Virus record (IMG/VR): IMGVR_UViG_3300012172_000001
Coordinates: 1 to 56,313 of that record
Length of the DNA stretch: 56,313 nucleotides
From: a virus
Lineage: Duplodnaviria > Caudoviricetes
Strand: one strand, 5' to 3'
In this document: positions 9,964 to 19,059 of the stretch, in pieces
Position numbering within the stretch: position 1 is the stretch's first letter
Layout of the letters: every line of letters begins with the position of its first letter
The notes under the pieces: generated by a model
The model's input: only the letters and a program-made list of their open reading frames with translations
Told to the model about the DNA's origin: nothing
The model's database searches: none
Position numbers and translations under genes: made by a program

Positions 9964-10815
9964 CTATTTCCTCAACTTCCACCGCGTGTACTGCCGCGCC
10001 CCGACAACAAAACTCCGATGCGTCCGCGTGCCAACGAGGCCAGCGAACAAACCAACCGCCGTCCGCAAGCCCAACGGGGCACGGGCCTGGATCAATTCAC
10101 GCTTGCGGGCGTCGTCAAGTTCCAAGGCTCGCAGCACGCCGGGGGTCAAATCCTCGCGCTCGACGCGCATAAATCCCGCCTCATGCAACTGCTGGCCGAG
10201 TGCCAAATTGACCCCCGCTTCATGGAGATCGGCGAAGCAAAACGTGCCGCCGGGCTTCAGGACGCGGTAGACTTCGGCGAAGAACTTGGCTCGCGACGGG
10301 TAGCAGTGACTCGATTCGACGTTCACTACGCAATCGAACATCGCATCGTCGTAGGGCAGCGCCAGCGCATCGCCGAGTCTGAATTGCAGATTGAACCCGG
10401 CCTGATGGCGGTTCTGGCAGAAGGCAATCGCCCGCGGCGACAGGTCGCAGCCGCGAGTTGGCCCCGGCCCGCGATAGCGGTGCAGGTACGACAACCCGCC
10501 CCCGCGCCCGCAACCGACTTCCAATAGCGACTTACCGCGCAGGTCCACGCCGGCCGTGACTCGTTCATAGAGCTGAATGCAATAGCGGTCGGGCTCATCG
10601 TCGGCTTTCAATTCGAGCAGCGTTTCATCGTCCGGCCCGGCAAAGCCGTAGTTCATAAACGTCCAGTCGGCGAACGTGAACCCGGCCAAGTACTGATACA
10701 GCCGATTGAAGGCCCACTGCTTGAACCGCGGGAACCATTCGAGGGGATGCGTCCAAAGGAACATCCGCGGCTTGGTGGCCGGGCGTTGAATCGCGATGGT
10801 GCGGAGGGCGGTCAT
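9964..10815 (-). CDS. Class I SAM-dependent O-methyltransferase, Rv2952/Fmt-like (283 aa)
   Basis: FMNYG, RYCIQLY, LLEVGCGRGGG, GDALALPY, VVNVESSHCYP, EVYRVLKPGG motifs; ATG 10815 overlaps the upstream stop. Confidence 0.85.
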   Translation of the reverse strand: MTALRTIAIQRPATKPRMFLWTHPLEWFPRFKQWAFNRLYQYLAGFTFADWTFMNYGFAGPDDETLLELKADDEPDRYCIQLYERVTAGVDLRGKSLLEVGCGRGGGLSYLHRYRGPGPTRGCDLSPRAIAFCQNRHQAGFNLQFRLGDALALPYDDAMFDCVVNVESSHCYPSRAKFFAEVYRVLKPGGTFCFADLHEAGVNLALGQQLHEAGFMRVEREDLTPGVLRALELDDARKRELIQARAPLGLRTAVGLFAGLVGTRTHRSFVVGARQYTRWKLRK

Positions 10816-11873
10816 ACGTTGGGCTTGGTGATGACGCGATAGCGGCCAGCTACGCCGTCGGGTGCGACGACATACCGATAAGTGACGTTGTTCAGCGTGA
10901 GCGACAAGTCGCCACGAATGGCGATACCAGCGGCGAATGTCTCGGCGAAAATACTGCCCGTGATCGGTGGGTTGGTCGGGGTCGGTCCAGGGCCGGGGCC
11001 TGGAATCGGTTCGCCGCCGAAATACGCTCGCTTGCGTGAGAAACTGGTATCGCCCACCCAGCTCGGGCGCTTCGTGGGGCTGCCGATCGACGGGTTCATA
11101 ATCCCGCCGTTGGTGTGCGAGAGGCCGTCGCTGTGCCCCTTGTATTCGTGGGTCAGCAATTCGGCCAGCGTGAACTTGCCGGGGTTGAATCCGTTGTCGA
11201 TCCGCGCCGTGACCGTCTGGTTGCACGTGTTGGGCGTCGGGAAGTAGGCGTAGCCAATGACACTGCCGGGAATTGATTCAAACTTGACATCGTGCTGCGG
11301 ATTGGCAAACGATCCATCTCGCACGTGGCGCACCGCCTGCCCGATCTCCGCTTCCGTCTCCTCGACAAACCGCAGCACTTCATCGAGCATCGCCTTTTGC
11401 GTGGACGAGGCTCGGCTATCGTCGAGCCCCACGACGACACTGTGAACGTCCTTGCGGTTGGGATCGCAGCCGACGGGCCACGATCCGCTGCCGGTGGCTT
11501 GTGCCTCGGCTTGATGAGCGGCCCACGTCTGGTAACTGAGCACGGCCGAATTCAAACCGGGGTGGCCGTAATCGAAGCTGGCGTTGGGCGGCGGAGCATG
11601 GTCGGGCATCGCACACCGCGGCCACTCCATCAGCGCATTCGTTGCCGGACCGCAAAGACCATCGCACACAGCTTCACGGCGATGAAACAAACGAGCCAGC
11701 ACGCCAAAGTTAGCATCCGCTTCCTGCCAGGATTGAATCGCCTGCTGGGCGATGGGGTGATCGACGGCCAGCTTTTCGACGCTTGACCGATCGACGTTGC
11801 GCACGTCGGACTTGGCCGGGTTCCAGAAGTGCCCGTAGCGGTAGGCCAGCAGCAGTTTTTCGGAGTCGTTCAT
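10812..11873 (-). CDS. Matrixin-like (M10/metzincin) zinc metalloprotease with prodomain (353 aa)
   Basis: Cysteine-switch-like PRCAMPD; VIGYAYFP; zinc motif HEYKGHSDGLSH; Met-turn GIMNP. Confidence 0.8.
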   Translation of the reverse strand: MNDSEKLLLAYRYGHFWNPAKSDVRNVDRSSVEKLAVDHPIAQQAIQSWQEADANFGVLARLFHRREAVCDGLCGPATNALMEWPRCAMPDHAPPPNASFDYGHPGLNSAVLSYQTWAAHQAEAQATGSGSWPVGCDPNRKDVHSVVVGLDDSRASSTQKAMLDEVLRFVEETEAEIGQAVRHVRDGSFANPQHDVKFESIPGSVIGYAYFPTPNTCNQTVTARIDNGFNPGKFTLAELLTHEYKGHSDGLSHTNGGIMNPSIGSPTKRPSWVGDTSFSRKRAYFGGEPIPGPGPGPTPTNPPITGSIFAETFAAGIAIRGDLSLTLNNVTYRYVVAPDGVAGRYRVITKPNV

Positions 11874-13171
11874 AGCACGGGCTTGGGCACCGGGCGATAC
11901 TTGCCGCTCCCATCGGGGGCGATGATGTACTGGTATTTGCCGGGCGGCTGATTGGGCGCGACCGTCACTTCGAATCCGCCGCGGATGGCTATGCCGTTGT
12001 CGGCCTGTTCGGCGTGAAGCGTGCCGGCGACGGCCGGACCTGCCGGACCGGGACCAGGTGTAGGGCCAGTGCCCGGAAATCCCTTGGCCCACGGCAGCCA
12101 GGCGTACTCGACATCGGAGAGCCACCACTTGGCTGAACACACCCATGCGCCTTGCGGCTTCGGACCCCATAGATGTTTGGGCCAGTAGGTGTCGGCGCAT
12201 TCGCCGCTCCACCCCGAGCCCCACGTTTGATGGTTGATCAGCGGGAAATCGTCGGCAGCCCAAGTGAGGCGGTGATTATCCGCAAACCACTTCCGGCACT
12301 CCTCGGTGTCGTCGTAAGCGACCGTGCTCTGCATGTGGGCGCCGGTCGAGCCTCTGGTGAACGGCTTGGACCCGCCGCTGGTGCGGACCCCGCCGGCATG
12401 GAGCACGCCGCCGGCCTTCATTACCTTTTTGAAGCCGACATGGTCCCCGTTGTATTGCGTGATCGCGCCGTCCGCGTAGCCGTGCTTGGCCTGGGTGTGC
12501 TCGACCATCCAGCCGGGAATTCCGCGGCTGCACCACTGGCGAGCAACGATCTGTTCGTTCTGGTCGTCGTCCGTGAAATCGACCGTCCCACCAGGCAGCT
12601 CGTACTTCGTCCGAAACGCACAGCCGACCTTGCGAGCGACTGAGGAAATTCCCGAACCGCTCCACCCGTCACTACAGTAGCCGCGGTTCGCGTATTTATA
12701 CCAAGCGGCCGAATGCAAAAAGGTTTCCGAGACGCCCGTGATCGATGGATGCATCACCCGCCAGCCAAACATCGTGGTTTCGTGCTCGGCACAAGAGCAA
12801 TCGACACATGAGCCGTAATCCTGCTCATTGCTGTACGGCTCTGGCCCCTTGCGCCCGCCGGCTTCCCACAATTCCAAAGCGTGCCGGCAGTTGATATGTC
12901 GCTCGCCGTCGCCGTCGGCCAGTTGGCTGGCTACGTCACTAAACAGCTTTTTGGTTCCCGGCGTGTCCCGCTTGAATTCATCGGCCAGGTACTGCGCTGC
13001 TTTTCGCGCCCAAGCCGGCTGATCATCGCGGTCGATAAACGCTCCCACAAATCCAGCCCGATAAGCCGACTCCATGAACTTCGCCTTGTTGCCGAAATCG
13101 GCTAAGCGCGCAAACCTGCCTTCCAGCCGGTTGCTGTCAGGAATGATCGACTGCAAATATGTGTCGCTCAT
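11870..13171 (-). CDS. Papain-like (C1-type) cysteine peptidase (433 aa)
   Basis: EQDYGSCV (oxyanion Gln and catalytic Cys), GAHMQSTVAYDD (His), HQTWGSGW (equivalent of NSWG). Confidence 0.72.
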   Translation of the reverse strand: MSDTYLQSIIPDSNRLEGRFARLADFGNKAKFMESAYRAGFVGAFIDRDDQPAWARKAAQYLADEFKRDTPGTKKLFSDVASQLADGDGERHINCRHALELWEAGGRKGPEPYSNEQDYGSCVDCSCAEHETTMFGWRVMHPSITGVSETFLHSAAWYKYANRGYCSDGWSGSGISSVARKVGCAFRTKYELPGGTVDFTDDDQNEQIVARQWCSRGIPGWMVEHTQAKHGYADGAITQYNGDHVGFKKVMKAGGVLHAGGVRTSGGSKPFTRGSTGAHMQSTVAYDDTEECRKWFADNHRLTWAADDFPLINHQTWGSGWSGECADTYWPKHLWGPKPQGAWVCSAKWWLSDVEYAWLPWAKGFPGTGPTPGPGPAGPAVAGTLHAEQADNGIAIRGGFEVTVAPNQPPGKYQYIIAPDGSGKYRPVPKPVL

Positions 13172-13899
13172 TGCCGCGGCGCAACTCCCTTTTGAATCGG
13201 AGCGGTGGTCGGCGGCTTCGGTGGCGTGGTCGGCGCGAGAACTGGAGCGGGCGGGCCAGGCACGGGCTGCGGCGGGAGCATTTGCAGGATGATTTCGATG
13301 ATGGCCTTGATCAGCGTCAACATTTGCCGGATGTCGATCGCGTGATATTCCCGATTGGGGATCGAGGCCCCGAGCCCGTCGGACACTTCACGCAGCAGCT
13401 TCGAAAACGCGGCGTCGTTGCCGCCCTCTTGAACCAGTGCCGTGAATTGTGCGTTGAGCGTGTCGCGAAACGGCTTCCAGGCGAGCGTGTTGGCGCCGAT
13501 CAGCGCGTCGGCTCCGGCTTTGGCGATGAACGCGATGGCGTCAAAGCCCTTCACTTGCCCGGCGTCGATTTTGTTGGCGACTTCGGTGTACAGCAGAGAG
13601 AGCTTAACCGCGGTATCGGCGCGCGCCGGATCGGCCGTGGCTTTTAGCGCCGAGTCCCGGATGGCGATCGCCCGCTGGGTCAGTGCCGGGTCGGGATTGG
13701 GCAGCGGATCGTCGAGTACGATCACCTGCTTGAAGTGAGTCGTGATCGGAGACAGCGTGGGAATCCCGGTGATCGGGTCGGTGGCCAGGATGTAGTAGCC
13801 CTGCTTGGAAACGACCAGCACGCCGTTGTGATCGGCGAACGCCGGCGCAGCACAGCACCACGCGACAACCGCCAAGAGGGCCAGGCGAAGAGGGGACAC
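13168..13899 (-). CDS. Secreted/periplasmic protein with Pro-rich tail (243 aa)
   Basis: Signal peptide ending APAFA; helical core; amphipathic helix followed by a Pro/Thr-rich tail; first gene of the protease cassette. Confidence 0.65.
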   Translation of the reverse strand: MSPLRLALLAVVAWCCAAPAFADHNGVLVVSKQGYYILATDPITGIPTLSPITTHFKQVIVLDDPLPNPDPALTQRAIAIRDSALKATADPARADTAVKLSLLYTEVANKIDAGQVKGFDAIAFIAKAGADALIGANTLAWKPFRDTLNAQFTALVQEGGNDAAFSKLLREVSDGLGASIPNREYHAIDIRQMLTLIKAIIEIILQMLPPQPVPGPPAPVLAPTTPPKPPTTAPIQKGVAPRQ

Positions 13900-14015
13900 G
13901 GCGGAACCCTTATGGATTCACTGCCGGACCCTCCAGGGGAGGTGAGCCAGAAGTGGCGAGATTTTAACGCGACCCTCCGTGGGAGGTGCCGCGGTCAAGC
14001 CTGACGCCGCAAATC

Positions 14016-14201
14016 CTAGCGATTGGGCTCCTGATTGTCAATTTCGGCCGACACTTCGACAACGACGTAAAACGCACCGTCCCGCTTCGTGAGCTTTGGT
14101 GCTGGCGTGCCGGGGTGGAGCTGGCTAATTGCATAGTCGATCAACTGACGCAAGGTGTACCGCTTCCGCTTTTTTCGTTTCGTCTTCCCCTTCTCAGCCA
14201 T
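14016..14201 (-). CDS. Small basic hypothetical protein (61 aa)
   Basis: Open frame on the operon strand; K/R-rich N-terminus. Confidence 0.45.
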   Translation of the reverse strand: MAEKGKTKRKKRKRYTLRQLIDYAISQLHPGTPAPKLTKRDGAFYVVVEVSAEIDNQEPNR

Positions 14202-14674
14202 TCCCTGCCTCCCGGTTCACAAGAGCGCCGGCTACAAGCCAGTCGCACTTAATGAACCATTACCCGATTTTCAACGAAGGCAATCCGATTGGAATCAGCA
14301 ACTCCTCCCGGTTCGTCACTTGGCCCTCGCTTTCAATGCTCGATCTTTCCAAACCGACACCACGAATTTTAGGTGAGCCACCTGCGCCTTGAGGCTGCGG
14401 TTCTCGGCATCCAGAGTTTTGTAACTAGGCCGCTTACTAGGGGTCATTGCTCGCCTCCGGACTTCAGGGCCGCTATCTCCGCCTCACGTTCGGCCAGTAG
14501 GGCCTCGGCCAGCTTCCTCGCGCCGAACACTAGGGCATGGTCGCTCATTCGGTAGTCCTTTTGGTTGGGTGACAAATCCGCTCAAAATATCCCTTTTAGG
14601 CGACTCGTTAAGCTCGTCTATTCAAAGAACACGTCTGCTGCCTTAGTGCCGCCGTCCTTGGCGTAGCCAGAAAA

Positions 14675-15430
14675 CTACAGGTCGCGGGTATCGATAAACC
14701 AGCCGATTAGGAAACTGAGCATCTTGCCCTTGGGGCCTCGGATGCGGCCGATGATCATGGGGTCGGCCTTTTGGCGCTGTACGGTGCGCGGGCCGTCTAC
14801 AGTGCAAATCTCGTCGAACACCTTGCGGGCCATCGCCGCCTGGGTCGCGTCCAGTAGCCGGGGCTTTATGAACTTCACGGGCAGGGCCACGGCGCGGAAT
14901 TTGTTGGCAACGCACCAGTCGCCGTCTTGTTCCCGCTCCCCTTTGTTGTTGGTCACATAATTGGTCCGCTTCCTGATCGTGGGGATCGGCGAGACAAACT
15001 GGCCTTCGCCGATGTCCAGTGATTCGGACTGCTGGGGAAGATTGGGGTTGCCATAATGCGATACGGCGCCGCCGCTCGGCCTCTCCTGCGAAGTCCTGAT
15101 GGCCACCACGTCGCCGGGGAAGTTGGGCACAAGGCAATGGCCATCCTCTAAGGCGGCCTGGACCTTTTCGTAGTAGGTGATTTCAGTGTTCAGACGCCCT
15201 ATCATCCCGCTGAGTCCCGTCGTCCGAATGCCGTAACCGGTGGCCTGGGCGACCTGCTCGTCGAGCGTGTTTCGGTCGGCATTGAGCGCTGCGACCTTGG
15301 CCTTGGCCCACTCGATTAGCGCCTCTTGAGCGGCGCCCATTTCTGCGGGGTTTTCGGCAATCACCAGGAGCTGGCCGGCTGGCTCCGTTGCGATTTCTGA
15401 CGGCTGAACGGTGGCTAGTTCGGTACTCAT
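14675..15430 (-). CDS. Hypothetical protein with N-terminal coiled coil (251 aa)
   Basis: AAGGTG ribosome-binding site; plausible composition. Confidence 0.6.
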   Translation of the reverse strand: MSTELATVQPSEIATEPAGQLLVIAENPAEMGAAQEALIEWAKAKVAALNADRNTLDEQVAQATGYGIRTTGLSGMIGRLNTEITYYEKVQAALEDGHCLVPNFPGDVVAIRTSQERPSGGAVSHYGNPNLPQQSESLDIGEGQFVSPIPTIRKRTNYVTNNKGEREQDGDWCVANKFRAVALPVKFIKPRLLDATQAAMARKVFDEICTVDGPRTVQRQKADPMIIGRIRGPKGKMLSFLIGWFIDTRDL

Positions 15431-15471
15431 TTTTCACCTTTGGGGTTGGCTGGGACTTTGAAAACAGTGAT

Positions 15472-15786
15472 TCATAAATGGACCGCCTTCTCGCTCTGCT
15501 CAAGGGCCACAAAAAAAGCGCAGCACATTTGGTTATAGGACAGCTCGTACGACCGTTCGGATAGCCACAGGTCGAAGGCTTCTTTAGTGAGTGACTTCCA
15601 CGGTTCAGGGATCACGTCCACGCCCCTGATGCGCATATGGGGAGTGACTTCGAAGATTCCCAAGGTCCGAAGTTTGATTTCGAACCATTCGGTTAGGTCG
15701 GCGATCTGCTGGTGATAGAGCGATTGGCCTCCGCCAGTGCGTCCGAGGACGATTTCCAATTTCGCCATTACGTCTCGATCGTTCAT
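15472..15786 (-). CDS. Hypothetical protein (104 aa)
   Basis: ATGA-coupled to the DUF1643 gene. Confidence 0.5.
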   Translation of the reverse strand: MNDRDVMAKLEIVLGRTGGGQSLYHQQIADLTEWFEIKLRTLGIFEVTPHMRIRGVDVIPEPWKSLTKEAFDLWLSERSYELSYNQMCCAFFVALEQSEKAVHL

Positions 15787-16286
15787 AGCCGGTATTCCTC
15801 CAACTGAGCCGAGTAGGGAAGGCGCACGGGGTGCCGGGGAGCGCCGCCGGCGGTGCGCCCCAGGCAGTGCAACTTGACCTTGGCGATGGCGAACGAATTG
15901 ACCACCACTTCGACGCGCTCAAGCCCGTTGGCATCTGCGCCCCAGGCCGCGACGGTCAAATCGCACAAGCCGGCGTAGCGGCCGATCGTCGCGTCGTTCA
16001 TCGGGCCGATCGGATCTTCTGCCTTCCACAAGTCCCGCGGATAGGTCGCGCGGAAGGCAAACAGGTTCAGCATGACCAGCGAGTCATGGCCCCAGAGCCG
16101 CGCGAATCCGATGCAGCGCCGTATCGTGGCGTCGTCTTCGATCTCGTCGGCTTTCGAGGGGTTCAGGCCGATGAAGGCCACGGAGCTATTGCGCGGTCCC
16201 CAGCGGCGCCAGAGCGCATAGCGCCAAGTACGGCACGGGGAAAGCAGGGCGGAATTGCCGACGGGAAATAGCATATTCATGGGCAT
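15783..16286 (-). CDS. DUF1643 family protein
   Basis: RYALWRRW, FIGLNPSKAD, DATIRRC, NLFAFRATYP, AAWG, PRHP motifs. Confidence 0.88.
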   Translation of the reverse strand: MPMNMLFPVGNSALLSPCRTWRYALWRRWGPRNSSVAFIGLNPSKADEIEDDATIRRCIGFARLWGHDSLVMLNLFAFRATYPRDLWKAEDPIGPMNDATIGRYAGLCDLTVAAWGADANGLERVEVVVNSFAIAKVKLHCLGRTAGGAPRHPVRLPYSAQLEEYRL

Positions 16287-16819
16287 TCCTTCCTGAGACC
16301 CTCAGTACCACCGTTCCACCAAACGTAGGCGACACCGACTGGCCGGCGGTCCTGAGTGCGGCGTTTGAATTGGGCGGCAAAAGCCTGTTTCCAGCGGTGA
16401 AAGTCGTCGCGGTTTCCTCGCCAATCGACTGAATCATCTTCAAACCGAATGACCAACGGGAAGAGCTTCATAAGCTGGCCGCGCAACCACTCTCTATCTC
16501 GATCGATCCAATGCCGATCGTCGCGGTTCTCGATAAATGCCTGCCAGCCGCCCATTAGGAATTGATCGAAGTAGGCCACCCAAACCTTGTATGCCTTCCA
16601 CTCGTTGACGTAGCGTTTTTGGCGCAGTCTCTGCCGCTGCTGCTCGCGGCGCCTCTCGATGATTTCGGCCCATGTCACCATCCGATGGCCGTTGACTCCG
16701 CTGCATTCGACGTAGGCCAGCTCGCGCGGCACGAGGCGGCCCTCGCGGTACGCAATCCCGCCCGGCATCAGCGCGCCGCGTGAGATAATCGCGTTGTACG
16801 TTCCATCCAACATGCTCAT
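16277..16819 (-). CDS. Hypothetical protein (180 aa)
   Basis: Coupled ORF in the operon; Trp/Arg-rich. Confidence 0.55.
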   Translation of the reverse strand: MSMLDGTYNAIISRGALMPGGIAYREGRLVPRELAYVECSGVNGHRMVTWAEIIERRREQQRQRLRQKRYVNEWKAYKVWVAYFDQFLMGGWQAFIENRDDRHWIDRDREWLRGQLMKLFPLVIRFEDDSVDWRGNRDDFHRWKQAFAAQFKRRTQDRRPVGVAYVWWNGGTEGLRKECP

Positions 16820-16825
16820 AGGTTC

Positions 16826-17671
16826 TTATTGCGCGTAACTGGGGCCGTTGATGAGGAGGACTTCGGGGGCGTCGTCGTTCGATTGCTTGCGGCCTTTTAG
16901 TCGCACCCACGTCCAATGCGGCTCCGGGTACAACTCGCGAATCAGCGGATGGTCATAGAACCGGCAGACGATGCGGCAGGTTGTGAATTGCCCAAGTCGG
17001 CTGGCAAGCTGCTTGTGCTGCTGCTCAGTGAACTTGTGCTTGTAGTCGTCGCCGGGGCCTGGAAACGGCGGGTCGAGATACAGCGCGTGACCTTCCAAAT
17101 CCTTCACGTTATCCAGAAACTCAAACACGTCTTGAACAACGAAATTGCACCGCCGCATGATCTCGCCCCAAGCATCGAGCGATTCGATTGCGGAGCGGTA
17201 TCTCGTGTTGCTGTCGCCGCCAGTTGCGGACCAACGAACCGGCAGACTGCCCTTAAATTCGTCGTCGGTCCCGGCCTTAGCAGAGCGTCCCATCCAGCAG
17301 CAAGTGAAGTAACACAGGGCTCTCAAGTTTGTGTCGTCCGGGGAAAACCGGCTGCAAAGTGCCTGGGCCGCGGCCAAAACTTCTGGATCGAACATTTGCG
17401 CGTCGGCTTCTTGAGCTAACCAGGATCTGCGCTTTGGGTCAGCTACGACCCTCGCAAGATTGATGATGTCGCGGTGCAGGTCGCTCACCACAATCGTTGA
17501 CGCCTTGATATGCGCCAACTCGCTCATGCCGCCCGCGAACGGCACGCCCACCCATTTGCAGCCGCGTAGTTCCTGACCGACGGTATGGCCCAGCATCCGA
17601 TTGCTCCCGAACCACGGCGCGAGGGCTGTGGTTTTCATCTTGGGTTCAGTATCAAACAGGGTCTCGCTCAT
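16826..17671 (-). CDS. Dam-like (D12 class) DNA adenine methyltransferase
   Basis: PWFGSN (motif X), PFAGG (motif I), SDL (motif II), LYLDPPF (motif IV). Confidence 0.82.
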   Translation of the reverse strand: MSETLFDTEPKMKTTALAPWFGSNRMLGHTVGQELRGCKWVGVPFAGGMSELAHIKASTIVVSDLHRDIINLARVVADPKRRSWLAQEADAQMFDPEVLAAAQALCSRFSPDDTNLRALCYFTCCWMGRSAKAGTDDEFKGSLPVRWSATGGDSNTRYRSAIESLDAWGEIMRRCNFVVQDVFEFLDNVKDLEGHALYLDPPFPGPGDDYKHKFTEQQHKQLASRLGQFTTCRIVCRFYDHPLIRELYPEPHWTWVRLKGRKQSNDDAPEVLLINGPSYAQ

Positions 17672-17717
17672 CGCTCTTTACTCCGTCGTAAGGGAACGCT
17701 GAATGGGTGGGGGTGGA

Positions 17718-18113
17718 CTATAATCCAGGTTTGATTAGCGATGCCACTTTCTGTCGCATGTACGCCCATCGCTTCTCTGGGTCAGTTGGGGCATATTCGT
17801 CGTTCAGGGCTTCAATCTCCCGAATCAGACACGGCGCGACGTTCAGGACGTTGCCCAGTGCATCGTGATCCTCGGGGTCGTACTTGTCCGGGTCAGCACC
17901 CTTCGCAACCAACACCGCTCCCAAAGTGCATACCTCGCCGTCCGCACGTAGCTCCCATGCGATCAACCGCTTGTCAGGCATAGCGTCCAATGCGGCAAGT
18001 GTGTCGCGTAGCAACTGCTGCCCGCGTGAGCCTCGAATGGCACTAGCCACGCGACCGCGCCAACGTCCAAGAACGAGTGGTTCTAAATCATCGTGGTATC
18101 CGCTTCTACTCAT
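17718..18113 (-). CDS. Phage hypothetical protein (131 aa)
   Basis: AAAGGA ribosome-binding site; MSRSGY...RGQQLLR...CTLGAV...EIEALND. Confidence 0.65.
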   Translation of the reverse strand: MSRSGYHDDLEPLVLGRWRGRVASAIRGSRGQQLLRDTLAALDAMPDKRLIAWELRADGEVCTLGAVLVAKGADPDKYDPEDHDALGNVLNVAPCLIREIEALNDEYAPTDPEKRWAYMRQKVASLIKPGL

Positions 18114-18439
18114 CTGAACGTCCTTTCGTGTTTAAGGGTCCGCCAAGTCGGTGTCATCAGAACCGTGTCTCTCTGTGCGTATTCCAGATACCGTCGCGCA
18201 ATCCCCGCCACCCACTCCGGTTATTTAACGAGGTTCCAGCGCCGAACGAACGGCCCCATCCTCGCAGAACTACATTTGCCTCCCGGCGCCGTCCGGCGCG
18301 TCCCTCGGCGGTGTCGTCGGCTTCCTTGCGACTACCATCGCTTAGGCGGGTGTAGGTCTTTGTCGCACAGCCTTTGTCGCCTCAGCGGTCGGTAGCTGTA
18401 CTGTTTAACCGTTTGCCAGTCGGGGGCTATGTTCGTTTC
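18114..18439. other. Structured 326-bp intergenic region (candidate ncRNA or origin)
   Basis: No credible ORF on the operon strand; imperfect stem 18332-18395 enclosing two CTTTGTCGC repeats. Confidence 0.35.
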
Positions 18440-18760
18440 TTAAACATCTTCTTCTGACCGTCTAGAGCAGAGGAAATCGGTTTGATTCCGCAAGAACTTC
18501 GGTGACTTCGGTTCCTCGATCAGCAGCCTGGCGAATTCACGCGGCTCCATGTCAACCGGGGCGCGAGTCTCTGGCAGTTCATCGAAGGCATGGCTCAGTG
18601 CCCTTACGGCATCACCGAGACGCAGGCTCCATTCCTTTTGCTTATTGTCGGACAGGTTGCCGCCGAGGCGTTTCTCGGCGGCAAGTATCTCGCGATAGGC
18701 TTGCTTGATTCTGGTGAGAATCGCGTCCCTGACCTGTTTTTGTGTCATGTGGGCGCTCAT
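18440..18760 (-). CDS. Hypothetical helical protein (106 aa)
   Basis: ATGA-coupled ORF. Confidence 0.55.
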   Translation of the reverse strand: MSAHMTQKQVRDAILTRIKQAYREILAAEKRLGGNLSDNKQKEWSLRLGDAVRALSHAFDELPETRAPVDMEPREFARLLIEEPKSPKFLRNQTDFLCSRRSEEDV

Positions 18761-19056
18761 GTTTTCTGCCCTTTCGCCTTGTTCAGGAATTCAGCCATCC
18801 GTTCCACTCGTCCCTGAAGCTCTCCGATCTTCGCTCGGTCGTTTATTTGCTCCAGTTGGAGAGCCTGAACTGCCAAGCGGAGTTCCTCGATCGCCTCGTA
18901 AGCGTCTTCGCCGTCCGCCAGAGCCCGGTTGATTCCGTGGGTCGCCCCCCGGTAGCCCTTCAGGACTTCCTGGAAGCGCTCCTCCCACCAAGCCAGCGTC
19001 CACTGGTCTGGCTTGGTGGCGAGTCGTTTCTTGAGTTCTTCCGTGAGGTCGGTCAT
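18757..19056 (-). CDS. Coiled-coil hypothetical protein (99 aa)
   Basis: Directly follows the helicase gene; heptad-like pattern. Confidence 0.55.
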   Translation of the reverse strand: MTDLTEELKKRLATKPDQWTLAWWEERFQEVLKGYRGATHGINRALADGEDAYEAIEELRLAVQALQLEQINDRAKIGELQGRVERMAEFLNKAKGQKT

Positions 19057-19059
19057 GGG

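Noticed and set aside
9964-12263. Long N-terminal extensions given by the ORF track for the methyltransferase (to 11226) and metalloprotease (to 12263)
   Set aside because: They overlap upstream genes; ATGA-coupled starts at 10815 and 11873 fit the operon
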